A stretch of DNA of 64,000 nucleotides, from positions 2,418,001-2,482,000 of the forward strand of contig CATNEN010000025.1 in the NCBI GenBank assembly GCA_950097015.1, read 5' to 3'. Below the pieces are notes generated by a model, which made no database searches, was not told the DNA's origin, and saw only the letters and a list, made by a program, of their open reading frames with translations. Position numbers and translations under genes: made by a program. Numbering within the stretch: position 1 is the stretch's first letter; every line of letters begins with the position of its first letter. Source of the stretch: Macrostomum hystrix (lineage: Eukaryota > Animalia > Platyhelminthes). Positions 39,606 through 50,638 of the stretch are shown here, in pieces.

Positions 39606-42080
39606 CGGCCTCTAACGCGTTGGCCTCTCGCAACGAAGGTCCCTGAGCTCTATTCTGCGGCGAGGCCACATTCATTTTGGACTCAACCTCTGAGAGAAGA
39701 CAATCGTTTTATCTATATTTCTACCTCCTCTCAAGATATATCAGTAAGTTGTTGTGTGCTTGTACTAAGTTGAAGACATGTGATAATAGACACTTCAAAG
39801 GTCAACAAGTGGCAATAGACAGTTACAGGATGCAGGCGACAAGGTAAAAAATACAGGAGACAATGTACTTTTGAGCGGAGCATGTACTTTTATGCTTCTG
39901 TTGAGTAGTCCGGTCCAACACGTAGGAGAAAAGAGAAGTCAGACTAAATCTGTTTTCTCCCCATCCTGAATTCCTTTCTAACGCGACAGACTGCGAAAAT
40001 TTGAGCCGATGGGAAACTAGTAGGGCGCAGCTGGTAACTAAATTGCGATACCTAAAGAAGAAAAAAGATGATTGCCGCACAGCATTATCTTGGCCACATT
40101 CTCGGCTATGAGGGCGTATTGGTCTTCCCAAATGTTTCACACTCGCTCCAGGCGGAGGGTCGCCCACACTTTGAGGACGCATTCTTGGCTTTGAACGATG
40201 GCAGAACAAGGGCGGAAGGGGGATCAGCGAATGACCAGGGAATAAACAGGAGGAGCTGCTGACTCAGAGGCTGAGAACAGGCTAGAAAAGGAGACTGCGA
40301 TGAAGCATATACCATAATAGTATGTCGCATAGAGAGAGGGAGAGCGGAATGGCGTCGGGATAAGTAGGGATAAGTGAATTGGGAGCTGCCGATGATGAAG
40401 ATTATGGGATTAGTAGAGAGAGAGAGAAGGGAAGGAGGAGTCGCCGGTTGTAGGTCGCGAGCTGCGATCCTCAAAGAGTGCATCCCTATCTCTCTCTCTC
40501 TCTTTTTTTAAATGGCCACTAGGCCGCGGGATATTGGCTCCAAAAACACACAGACGCACACTTCATTTCTTCCTCGGCCTCCTTCATCCTATATATTTAC
40601 TATGATGCCAGTGAGGGGGGAGATAAATGAGCCCGCCTCACCGCCCACCCCACTGGGCGCCTGATTAAATCAGGGCTCCCGCTCTATCTTTCTCCAAACT
40701 CTGCGTCTTCGAAGCGGCTATCAAAATCTTAAATCTGAGCTGAGCTGAGCTGAATATATACATAGCTTTACCCTTGAATTCACCGTTGGTCACAAGGCTC
40801 GGCTATATGCCTAAACTGATGCTGGCTTATAAAGAAAGTTATATTCATACTTAGCCGTTGCAGACTCCGCTACAGGCCAGGCATCATTAGCGACTCGCCG
40901 TCTCCTCTTTTTTCTTTCTTCAATGTCCCTGCTCGTCTGTATACGCGGTGGGCGAGCTTTCCTTTCAATTCAGAGCACGACTGGGGCGTGCCAATCAAAT
41001 CACTGAAGCTTTTGTGCCTCGGGCGGGACGCGACGAGGCGGCGGGAGAGAGACTTCGCGTCAAACTTCCTTGGCAATAGCCGACTCCGATCATACAGAGG
41101 CCGCGGCAAATTGGCACCCCTTACCAATGTTCCCCCTATAGTCCAGGGGGCGGGCTACGAAAAATTTTTTTTGCGCAGATTAATTTCCTGCTCCAACGAA
41201 TGCACTTTCATTAATCACCGACGGAGGACAGACATTTTATAGTGCTCGAAATGAACTAGTCTCCAAGGGCTGCTTGATACTATCGTCTTGGCTGGAATGT
41301 ACATGGGCTGTGTACAACAGTTCAGTCTTTGGACTGGGCGGCATATTTTACAGCTTGGTAAACTGGAGCTATGGGAAATCGCGCTAAAGGAAAAAATGTT
41401 TCCCAGGTCCAACAACCTCTTACTCAGAAGTCCGAAGGGTCTAAAACCACTGGGCTATAAAGTCAGTAAGCGAAAAGCTACAAAATATGCTGTCTGAGCA
41501 ATCCAAAATAATTTTATATTGCATAAAAAGCATCACTAAAGACAGTCTAGACGCCCCTTGCACTTATTTAGTTCAAATAAACAAAGACATGGCTTTAACA
41601 AAGCAGCGCCGCGAATAGAATGTCTGTTAAACTGCCTCATCATATGACTATTTGACACTTTGCTTGGCCTCCATTGTTAAAAATCACTATTTAACTATGC
41701 TTCAGTAGGTTAAGAGAGAGAGACTGGGTAGGGTAGGAAAGGGAGTTGAGGCCAGTCTGAGAAATATCTTCATCACGCATTGTTCGCAAAATTATATAGT
41801 CCATGCACGCCAGATACTCCACACCCGCGCGGTTGCTAAGAGCTCACCGCGTCTATAACCTGGGCAAGGTGCTTAGCCTGGCAGCCAAGTCTATGGCTCT
41901 GTCTCTCTCTCTCTCTCTCTTAATTCTCGCCTTCTTATTTTCTCTCCTGGTATTATTACTATAGACAGGCCAGACAGGCCACAGCGGAGATCCAAGACTA
42001 GATTTTAAAAAGCTGTAAAAAATCGGCCAGTTATCATCGCCTTACGAGCCTACTAACTGCCTGCTAAAAAACTCGCGACA

Positions 42081-42941
42081 ATGTCCGCAGCGGTGGTAGC
42101 GCACGCGGTGGGCAGTTATCCCTATCGGCAGGCAATCCTGTCCGAGGTGAGCCATCAGCCGCCGATCAGGCAAGGCCCGCCGGGCAGGCCATGCCGCCAC
42201 GCCACCCACATGCGCTCCGCTGACGGCCAGTCCGCCATCTTCAGCCTCGACGGGCCGCTACGATCGCGTGCGCCGCTTGAGGCCGGCTTTCCGTCTGTCC
42301 GGCTTCGTCTAAGACCGCTGCACGCCACCACGGCGGCCACCTGGACGGCAAGGCGCGATGATCAGCTGGCAGCCTACTTCAGCGAGGCTGCGGGCCGCTA
42401 TCGGGTTCACCCGGGCGCCGGGCGGTGGGCCGACACCGCCCACTCCGCCGCCGATGCGCCCGTCTTCCCGCACGATTCCACCGTGCCGCGCCGGCGACCC
42501 CAGACAGTTGGCGCTGGCACCGGCAATCGCAAGAACTTCTCCAGCATTGGCGACTTCATCGTCTGCAGCGGGCCAGACGCCCAAGCTGCTTCTGTCGCCG
42601 TGGCTACAGAGACTCGCGATCAATTCCGACGCAGAGAGGCAGCCGCCTGGTCAGCGGAGGAGGAGCGCCAGACCCGCCTGGACGTTCAACGACACCGGGA
42701 GCGAATGCGCGAGTCTGCGCAGGTTGCCGACCTCCTGTCTCCTGCCGGTGCGGCTGGCGGCGATGTGCGCAGCCGCTTCTGGTCAGAGAGTGCCCGGGCG
42801 ACGGCTGGCAACAGCAGCGCCTGTGTCTCGGTCCGCCGGTGCAGCACCGCGCCCGCTGAGACCTCATATCGTCGAGTGTCGGGCAACCGAGTCCTATCTA
42901 AACTGCGTGACGAGTGCGCGCACATGCCAGTGATCTATTGA
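42081..42941 (+). CDS. Uncharacterised single-exon protein, 286 aa
   Basis: ATG in good context (gacaATGt). GC-rich, non-repetitive ORF that coincides with a GC island flanked by AT-rich DNA, like the other exons here. No recognised domain. Confidence 0.6.
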   Translation: MSAAVVAHAVGSYPYRQAILSEVSHQPPIRQGPPGRPCRHATHMRSADGQSAIFSLDGPLRSRAPLEAGFPSVRLRLRPLHATTAATWTARRDDQLAAYFSEAAGRYRVHPGAGRWADTAHSAADAPVFPHDSTVPRRRPQTVGAGTGNRKNFSSIGDFIVCSGPDAQAASVAVATETRDQFRRREAAAWSAEEERQTRLDVQRHRERMRESAQVADLLSPAGAAGGDVRSRFWSESARATAGNSSACVSVRRCSTAPAETSYRRVSGNRVLSKLRDECAHMPVIY

Positions 42942-43153
42942 TTGGCTCGCTCACACTGCCATAGAACGTGGCCAAAAAACGCGATTGTACATTCATTTTT
43001 TTGACCATCAACCGTGTACACCAAAAAACGAGTCATTTGATGGCAGTCTAAACGAGCGTTGAAACTTACCTGCCTTTCACTTGCCCCTGATCATGTACAC
43101 ATCATCGGACATGCTTGTAAGCTGTAATTCATCTACGAGGAGCTAGCTATTAA

Positions 43154-43654
43154 CAGTAGAAAAACCACACTATCCCCTAGGGGAAAGAACACGGGATATT
43201 TCAAATCCCACTGCATGTTTCACGAAAGCTCCCAAACCGAATGACCGATTTTTGTGAAAGTCCACCATATGTATAAAACTTTTCCGCCCTTTACGATGAA
43301 CTTGCTTTCAAAGCCGTCCGAGTCAGCATCGTCGAGATATTCAGCGATTTTTGTCGAAGACCCTGGTGACAAGAACAATCTACAGCCGACATGATTACAT
43401 GATGAAATTTTTGGAGCTGAAAAAATATGCCTGTTGAATATCTGGACGATGCCGATATGTTTTGTGATTCTGGAAGTGGTTTCATCGGATAAAGCGGAAA
43501 ATTTTAGCCCGAGTTTTGGATTTTCACGGCGATTGGTTGAATATTTTCATAGGAGACAGAAGAAAAGAAAAATGTGGATATTTGAAATACCTTTCAAACT
43601 TACTTTTAAATTGAATAATCGAAATTTAAAGTTTAGTTCGCAGTCTTTCTACTG
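43154..43654. mobile_element. MITE / non-autonomous DNA transposon, copy 1 (about 501 bp, termini CAGTAGAAA...TTTCTACTG, TTAA flanks)
   Basis: Long imperfect inverted arms (tttccgccctttacgatg...catcgtcgagatattcagc versus gttgaatatctggacgatg...catcggataaagcggaaaa). TTAA on both sides. Homologous to 58252-58752. Confidence 0.8.
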
Positions 43655-46600
43655 TTAAATAAATCTGCACTAAATGTAACGAACATGTACATTACTAGCT
43701 AAGACATCAGCAAATTCATGAGCCCATTGAAAACTTAGCTGCCGATAAATGCTTAACTACGAGTCTAAATCTTTTTGCTTGAGTAAACATCATAAATGTC
43801 AAGATTGTTCAGAATTTTCAAAGCCCTCGGCTAACGAATCTCAACATTATTTATAACAAATTTTAATATCGATTTCGCATAAATTGAACTGCTCCAATGC
43901 ATGCAGTAAAATCTCATCTTGATATACTGTCAGCTATAGGCCGAATGCAACACCAAGGATTCGAATGGCAGCTCTGTAAGTAGCATGTATGTAAGAGCCT
44001 TGGATCAGATAATTGTACACCCCACATGCAGATTCTCATCGCAATTGCATCCATCAAGCTAAAGGAAGATGATAAATTACTTGCAGTTTATTTACAGTTT
44101 GCAGCTTACAAAAACATTTGGAAGGGAACAGGTTAGTTAAAAATGGGAAATTCATCTTAGTAAGTTGTTTGATTTCGTCTGTAAAGGCTCGGAGGAGCAC
44201 ATATGCTTTTTATTGAGCATTAGGAGCATATACTGCTCTAAAGTACCTCGCCTGATGCAATTACTGTCGATGCGTAAATCAGGTGCAAAAAAACTAAAAG
44301 GCATGTAACATATGGAAGCCGCGACATAATCTTACAGATTTTGTTTGTCTAGTATTCTTCCTTATCTATTTGCATACATACTGGGCAATGCCCACTTTCA
44401 CTTATTTGAGAGCGTATAATTTTTTTAGCTACACGTAAATGGTAGATCAAAGGATCATTGTTAATGGATCTTGAGAATGGATTTAATAGAGCTAACGGGA
44501 ATTATATGATGACATCAGCTAGGCAGTCTGGTTAATTAATGACCATAGATGAGATGCTGCATTAAGCATGCAATATATAGGCATTCGTTTATGTTGTAAG
44601 TAACAGTAAGTAAAATAACGGCTGTTGCACTTGTGTATGGGACTTTATTCTCGGGCTATAACTCCTCGACTCAATTTTTCTCCCAACAACAAAATGGGTG
44701 TCACGGACATGGTAAAGGATGCGGCCGTTGCATGTAAGTATTTTAAAAGCAGTATTCGATTAAAGTACTTGGTAAAATATGAACTTTGAGTTAAACAATG
44801 AAGCACTCTTTCTTTCGTTGCGAAACACTGTAATCTGTTCTTAAAATTTGGATTTATTTGCAATCCCTGTAACTACAAAGTATCCTCAGAACCTCAGAAA
44901 AAAGTGCTACTTTTTTCGAAACCATTACTATCCGAAACCCATCCAAGCACCACTAAAGTAGACTACTGTATAGTTTGTAGCACAGTTGTCCTTATACATA
45001 TACTCTTTATTCTTAAGTGGTCTTTGCCTTATCACGCTTTTTAGACGTTAAATTTTTTTCGGTAGTTACATGATAATATATATTTAAACTAGTTTTCGTG
45101 GTGGCTGCCTCAGTAGCTTCTGGACTAAAAGTAATGTTTTAGCACTAGAAGATAAAAAGCTAAATCGAATGTCCGTTAATTTCAGCTGTGCGCTCGCCTT
45201 CTTATTTTTTTAGTTACACATTTTGTTATAACCATTCAGCTTTCTTGTACTAACGGATTCTGTCTGCTAGCTTGCGTTGCGAAAACTTTTTTATATTCAA
45301 AATCATTTTGAACTCATAACAACTGCATTAAATGTTCCTGCTATTTTCCTGTTATTATGCCATATATATAAAATATAAACTATTACGAAAGACAGAATTT
45401 TTTTTCATATTTTTTATTTTATGCTTGTATATCAGATTGATTCCAATTTCCAAATTACAGTTCAGGTACAGACTGAAGTGAAAGAAAGGTTTTTAAGCTA
45501 ATTAAATTAAATAGTTCAGAAGCTAGGCCAATGACTATGTCTATTCTTGTTAAATTCCCATTACTAAGATTAAGAAGCAAGTTTTTATTTTAAGTAACCT
45601 AGTCAAAAATGTTTGTAGTTTGTCATCTTCAGTTTTAAGTTAATTTATATGCCAGTTATTTTTGTGACATAGGCCTAGGCCACAAAAGCTATTTATTATA
45701 TTTATATAATATATATTATAATTAAATGAATTATAAATTGCTTTAAATTGTAATCATTGAGCTTGACAATGTAAATATCTAGATGCTAGTCTGTCTAGAG
45801 GTAGGTGGTAGAATTACATACTGTTTTATGTTTTATAGTTGTAAACCCACTGGGCAATCCTCTAGTTTCTCATATTTAATTCAAATGTATTTTTAAATGT
45901 CAACTTCAGAAATTTCAAAACCACATGCAAATTGTGGGATACAGTTTTCCTAGTCTGTTGACTGTTGGTAGGTTGTCAAGATAGACAGGATGTCACAGGA
46001 TTTTTAACAAATGCACTTGTTAAGACTGCCTAAAGCTAAACCTAAAACCTAAACCTAAAGCCCTCCTTCCTTTGACTTCCACTTTCAATAGGCTATATAT
46101 CTAAAGACAAAGAGTTAGGCCTATTATTAGGGGCCTATTATTTTTTATTTCAGTTTTTTTCTTTTTTTAATTTTTAATCTTCTTTTCTTTAAGATTGAAT
46201 TAATTATGTAGTTTTATATCATATCTACCCTTACTACCCTTAGGTAATTGCAATTGGTAAACTAACATAGCATTTATATGTATATGTAGTAACTAAACAA
46301 ATAAGCATTTCATATTTGTGCTATAGTCAGTTTCACTAATGTATGAGTATAATCAAATCATAACATTTGGTAGTAAAAATTCTAAATAATTGCAATTTCT
46401 ATATTCACATATTTTATTCCTATTGGCATGCTGCTCTTAGATACAAAAGCAATTATTTGCCAACTGCAAACAAAACAGTTGATTTCATGTAGATGTGCTA
46501 ATCAATTAAGTTCAAAATTGTGGGCCCTAAAGGGCCTAAATTGAACAACAAGCCTGCCACTCACCCCCCAGAAAAATTGTTAATCATATCCAATTTGTTT

Positions 46601-46663
46601 TAATTTCCATTGTAGCTGGCGGGCCTGTGAATCGCATTAACAAATAAAAACAACAATTGAACA

Positions 46664-49075
46664 ATGCTCAACTCATTGCGACTTTGTCAAACTGCTGGCC
46701 GACTCAGCAGTCGGTCGGTCGTCTCCCAGCGCGGCTTCGCCTCAGCCGCGGCGTCGGCTTCGCCAGCATCGACTGGCTACACTAGCAAGGAGATGGAATC
46801 GGTTATCTCCGCGGGCCAGCTGGCCAGCTATCCCCAGGTTGGCCGCCGGGAATGGGTCGGCCATGGTCGCGGCGGCATGCCAAACTACTTCGACTGCCTG
46901 ATGTTCCCCTATCCGGCTATTCGCTTCAGGGAGTGGGACGCCACTTACGAGGCCCTGCGACAGAAGGAGAAGGGCGACTGGAAGAATCTGAGCATGGAGG
47001 ACAAGAAGCAGCTATATCGGTAGGGTAACATTTTCTTATCTTCTTATTATTTTCTTATCAAGTCATTGGCTTTTGCCGTTATATATTCATCTATTCATAT
47101 TGCCAGGAAAGGTTTCAGGGAACCCTTCTATGTTCAGGCAGTGCTCTAATCCCCTATACCTTCAGGCAATGCTCTAATCCCCGACATCTTCAAACCATTT
47201 TATTTTCCCTTTTATGTTCAGGCAGTGCTCTAATCCCCTATAAGTTCAGACTATGCTCTAATCCCCTATATCTTCAGGCAATTGTCTAATACCCTATATG
47301 TTCAGGCAATTGTCTAATACCCTATGTGTTCAGGCATTGCCCTTATCCTCTATATCTTCAGGCAGTGCTCTAATCCCCATTCTTCAGATATTTCTCTAAT
47401 TCCAAATTTTCAAGCAGTGCTTTAAAACCTATACCTTCAGGCAATGCTCTAATCCCCTATATCCTCAGGCAGTGTTCTAATCCCCTATATCTTCAGGCAG
47501 TGCTATAATCCCCTATATCCTCAGGCAGTGCTCTAATCCCATATATCTTCAGGCAGTGCTATAATCCCCTATATCCTCAGGCAGTGTTCTAATCCCCTAT
47601 ATCTTCAGGCAGTGCTATAATCCCCTATATCCTCAGGCAGTGTTCTAATCCCCTATATCTTCAGGCAGTGCTCTTAATCCCTATATCTTGAGGCAGTGCT
47701 CTAATCCTCTATATCCTCAGGCAGTGCTCTAATCCCCTATATCTTCAGGCAGTGCTCTAATCCTCTATATCTTGAGGCAGTGCTCTAATCCCTATATCTT
47801 GAGGCAGTGCTCTAATCCCCTATATCCTCAGGCAGTGCTCTAATCCCTATATCTTGAGGCAGTGCTCTAATCCCTATATCTTCAGGCAGTTCTCTAATCC
47901 CATATATCTTCAGGCAGTGCTCTAATCCTCTATATCCTCAGGCAGTGCTCTAATCCCTATATCTTGAGGCAGTGCTCTAATCCCCTATATCTTCAGGCAG
48001 TGCTCTAATCCCCTATATCTTCAGGCAGTGCTCTAATCCCTATATCCTCAGGCAGTGCTCTAATCCCCAATTTACTCAGGCAGTGTTCTAATCCCCTATA
48101 TCCTCAGGCAGTGCTCTAATCCCATATATCTTCAGGCAGTGCTATAATCCCCTATATCCTCAGGCAGTGTTCTAATCCCCTATATCTTCAGGCAGTGCTA
48201 TAATCCCCTATATCCTCAGGCAGTGTTCTAATCCCCTATATCTTCAGGCAGTGCTATAATCCCCTATATCTTCAGGCAGTGCTCTTAATCCCTATATCTT
48301 GAGGCAGTGCTCTAATCCTCTATATCCTCAGGCAGTGCTCTAATCCCCTATATCTTCAGGCAGTGCTCTAATCCTCTATATCTTCAGGCAGTGCTCTAAT
48401 CCCTATATCTTGAGGCAGTGCTCTAATCCCCTATATCCTCAGGCAGTGCTCTAATCCCTATATCTTGAGGCAGTGCTCTAATCCCTATATCTTCAGGCAG
48501 TTCTCTAATCCCATATATCTTCAGGCAGTGCTCTAATCCTCTATATCCTCAGGCAGTGCTCTAATCCCTATATCTTGAGGCAGTGCTCTAATCCCCTATA
48601 TCTTCAGGCAGTGCTCTAATCCCCTATATCTTCAGGCAGTGCTCTAATCCCTATATCTTCAGGCAGTGCTCTAATCCCATATCAGTTGTGCCACAGGCTG
48701 CACATCTTGCCTAAGTGAGCTAGGTGTATTTCTATCTACGTATCTAGCTCTCTAATATTCGCGTGAATTCCAAACCTTAGAAGCCAGACGCTCTCGCCCT
48801 GACTGAATTGCAGCCACTCCTACCGCTACACCCTGTCGGAGCTGCAGGCGCCCACCGGTCGCTGGAAGCTGTCCTTGGGCATCCTGATGCTCGTTATTAG
48901 CGGCGCCTCACTCACAATGCTATTTTTCAAGAAGGTGTTCGCCCCGGCCTTCCCGAGTTCATTCGAGGAGGAATGGATGCTGCGCTCCATGTGGAAGCAG
49001 GTCATGATCGGATTCAACCCGGTTCAGGGCGTCGGCTCCAAATGGGATTACGAGAACAACCGATGGAAGGAATAG
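46664..49075 (+). CDS. COX4I1: Cytochrome c oxidase subunit 4, 2 exons, about 205 aa
   Basis: Exons 46664-47019 (CG|gtag) and 48814-49075 (cag|C). Mitochondrial presequence, GRREWVGHG, FPYPAIRFRE, LRQKEKGDWKNLSMEDKKQLYR, TM helix, NPVQGVGSKWDYENNRWKE. Likely 5'-UTR acceptor tttccattgtag ending at 46615. Confidence 0.95.
47140..48680. repeat. Minisatellite of about 28 bp (CAGGCAGTGCTCTAATCCCCTATATCTT) filling the COX4 intron
   Basis: Directly visible, with an internal duplication of about 620 bp (the variant gctcttaatccc occurs near 47670 and 48290). Confidence 0.96.
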
Positions 49076-50638
49076 AGAGGCCAGAAAATTCACTCAAAGG
49101 AAGACAATTAACTCTAATTCTTATATAGTAACTATTGAAAGCTAGATATGGGTGGGGCTCACAGTAGTGTCTCTCTGTCACTACCATCTTCTGCTAGCGT
49201 AATTTAATCGTAGCTATATAAAAATGATTAAGTCCTGTCTCTCTGTGTTTTTTTCTCTTGCGTGTCTACCTGCTACTTTATAACTGAAATAGCAAAATTA
49301 ATATTAAAGTAGCTTTCTAGTTGCCCACTTTGCGCACTTTTTAGTCGGGTATGCCAGTTAAATCACAAATTCAGGCCTAAGCCGAACATTTGCTGTTCCC
49401 ACCGCTTTTTTCCTCAATTGTAAGTTCAAGATATACCTATAAAAAAGCTACCGTATGAACATATTACTGTTAAATTTTTTAATTTTAAAAGCCAGCCTTC
49501 TGTACTACCAAGTTAAAATCAAATAGAGAAACAACTAAATGATCATAGACTTATATTTAATCTTCGCTTCTTCCATCTGTTTAGTATGGAACATACGACA
49601 GCAACGGTAAAAACATTTTTAAGTCCAACTTTAGCAATTGGAAGAGGAAATAAAAAGAATGCATCTGTCACCATCTTGTAGAAGATAAAACTGTGAGCGG
49701 AGCAATTTCTTCTTTTAGTTTAGATTCTTGTTCGTTTTTTAATTGTGATTTAAGTTTTAAGATTTTTTGTTTCTTTAGCATTTGTAATTTTAAGTTACAC
49801 AGGAACCTTACAATTGCTATAGTTTTATGTTAAGTATAGTTCGCCCAGTTGTAATTTAGATATCTGCGTTAGCTGGCGTAGAAATTCAAGTCAGTGCAGC
49901 CGCCTTACATCTCACAGTAGCTGCGGCTGTGCCCAACTGGCTGTACATCTGGCCCAACTGGGCTAGGTTTCATCTCTTCTCCCGTCTCATCTCTCCTCAG
50001 TCTCATCTCTTTCCCCCGTCTGATCTCTTCCCCCGTCTCATCTCTTCTCCCGTCTCATCTTTTCCCCGTCTCATCTCTTCCAACGTCTCATCTCTCCCCT
50101 GTCTCATCTCTTCCCTGTCTCATCTCTTGCCGTCTTATCTTTTTCCGTCCGATCTCTTCCCCGTCTCATCTCTCCCCTGTCTTATATCCTGTCACATCTC
50201 TCCCTGTCTCATATTTTCCCCCGTCTCATCTCCCTCCTGTCTTATCTCCTGTGTAATCTTTCCCACATCTCTCCTGTCTCATTTCCTGTCTTATTTCTCC
50301 CCGTCTCATCCCCTTTCTCATCTCTCCTATCTTATCTTCCGTCTCATCTCACCATTTAATAATCTGTTCCCTTATCTGTCTGCTGTCTGATCTCTCATTC
50401 ATCAATCCGGTCCGCTGTCTCTTTGGATCCTATCTCTCTCTCTCGTCTGTCTAGGAGTCTAGGATTTTTTAAATAAGGCCAGAAGCTTAAGTCATTTCAT
50501 TACTTTGCAAAAGTTGAGTAAATATTGCATATTTTCGAAAACTTTTAATAAAGGATTTTTCCAGCAAATTTTAATCTGCACTTGCTAAACAATATTGTTG
50601 TAAAAAGCGGCTGTGTTAGATTGAGTGTTTAAACAAGA

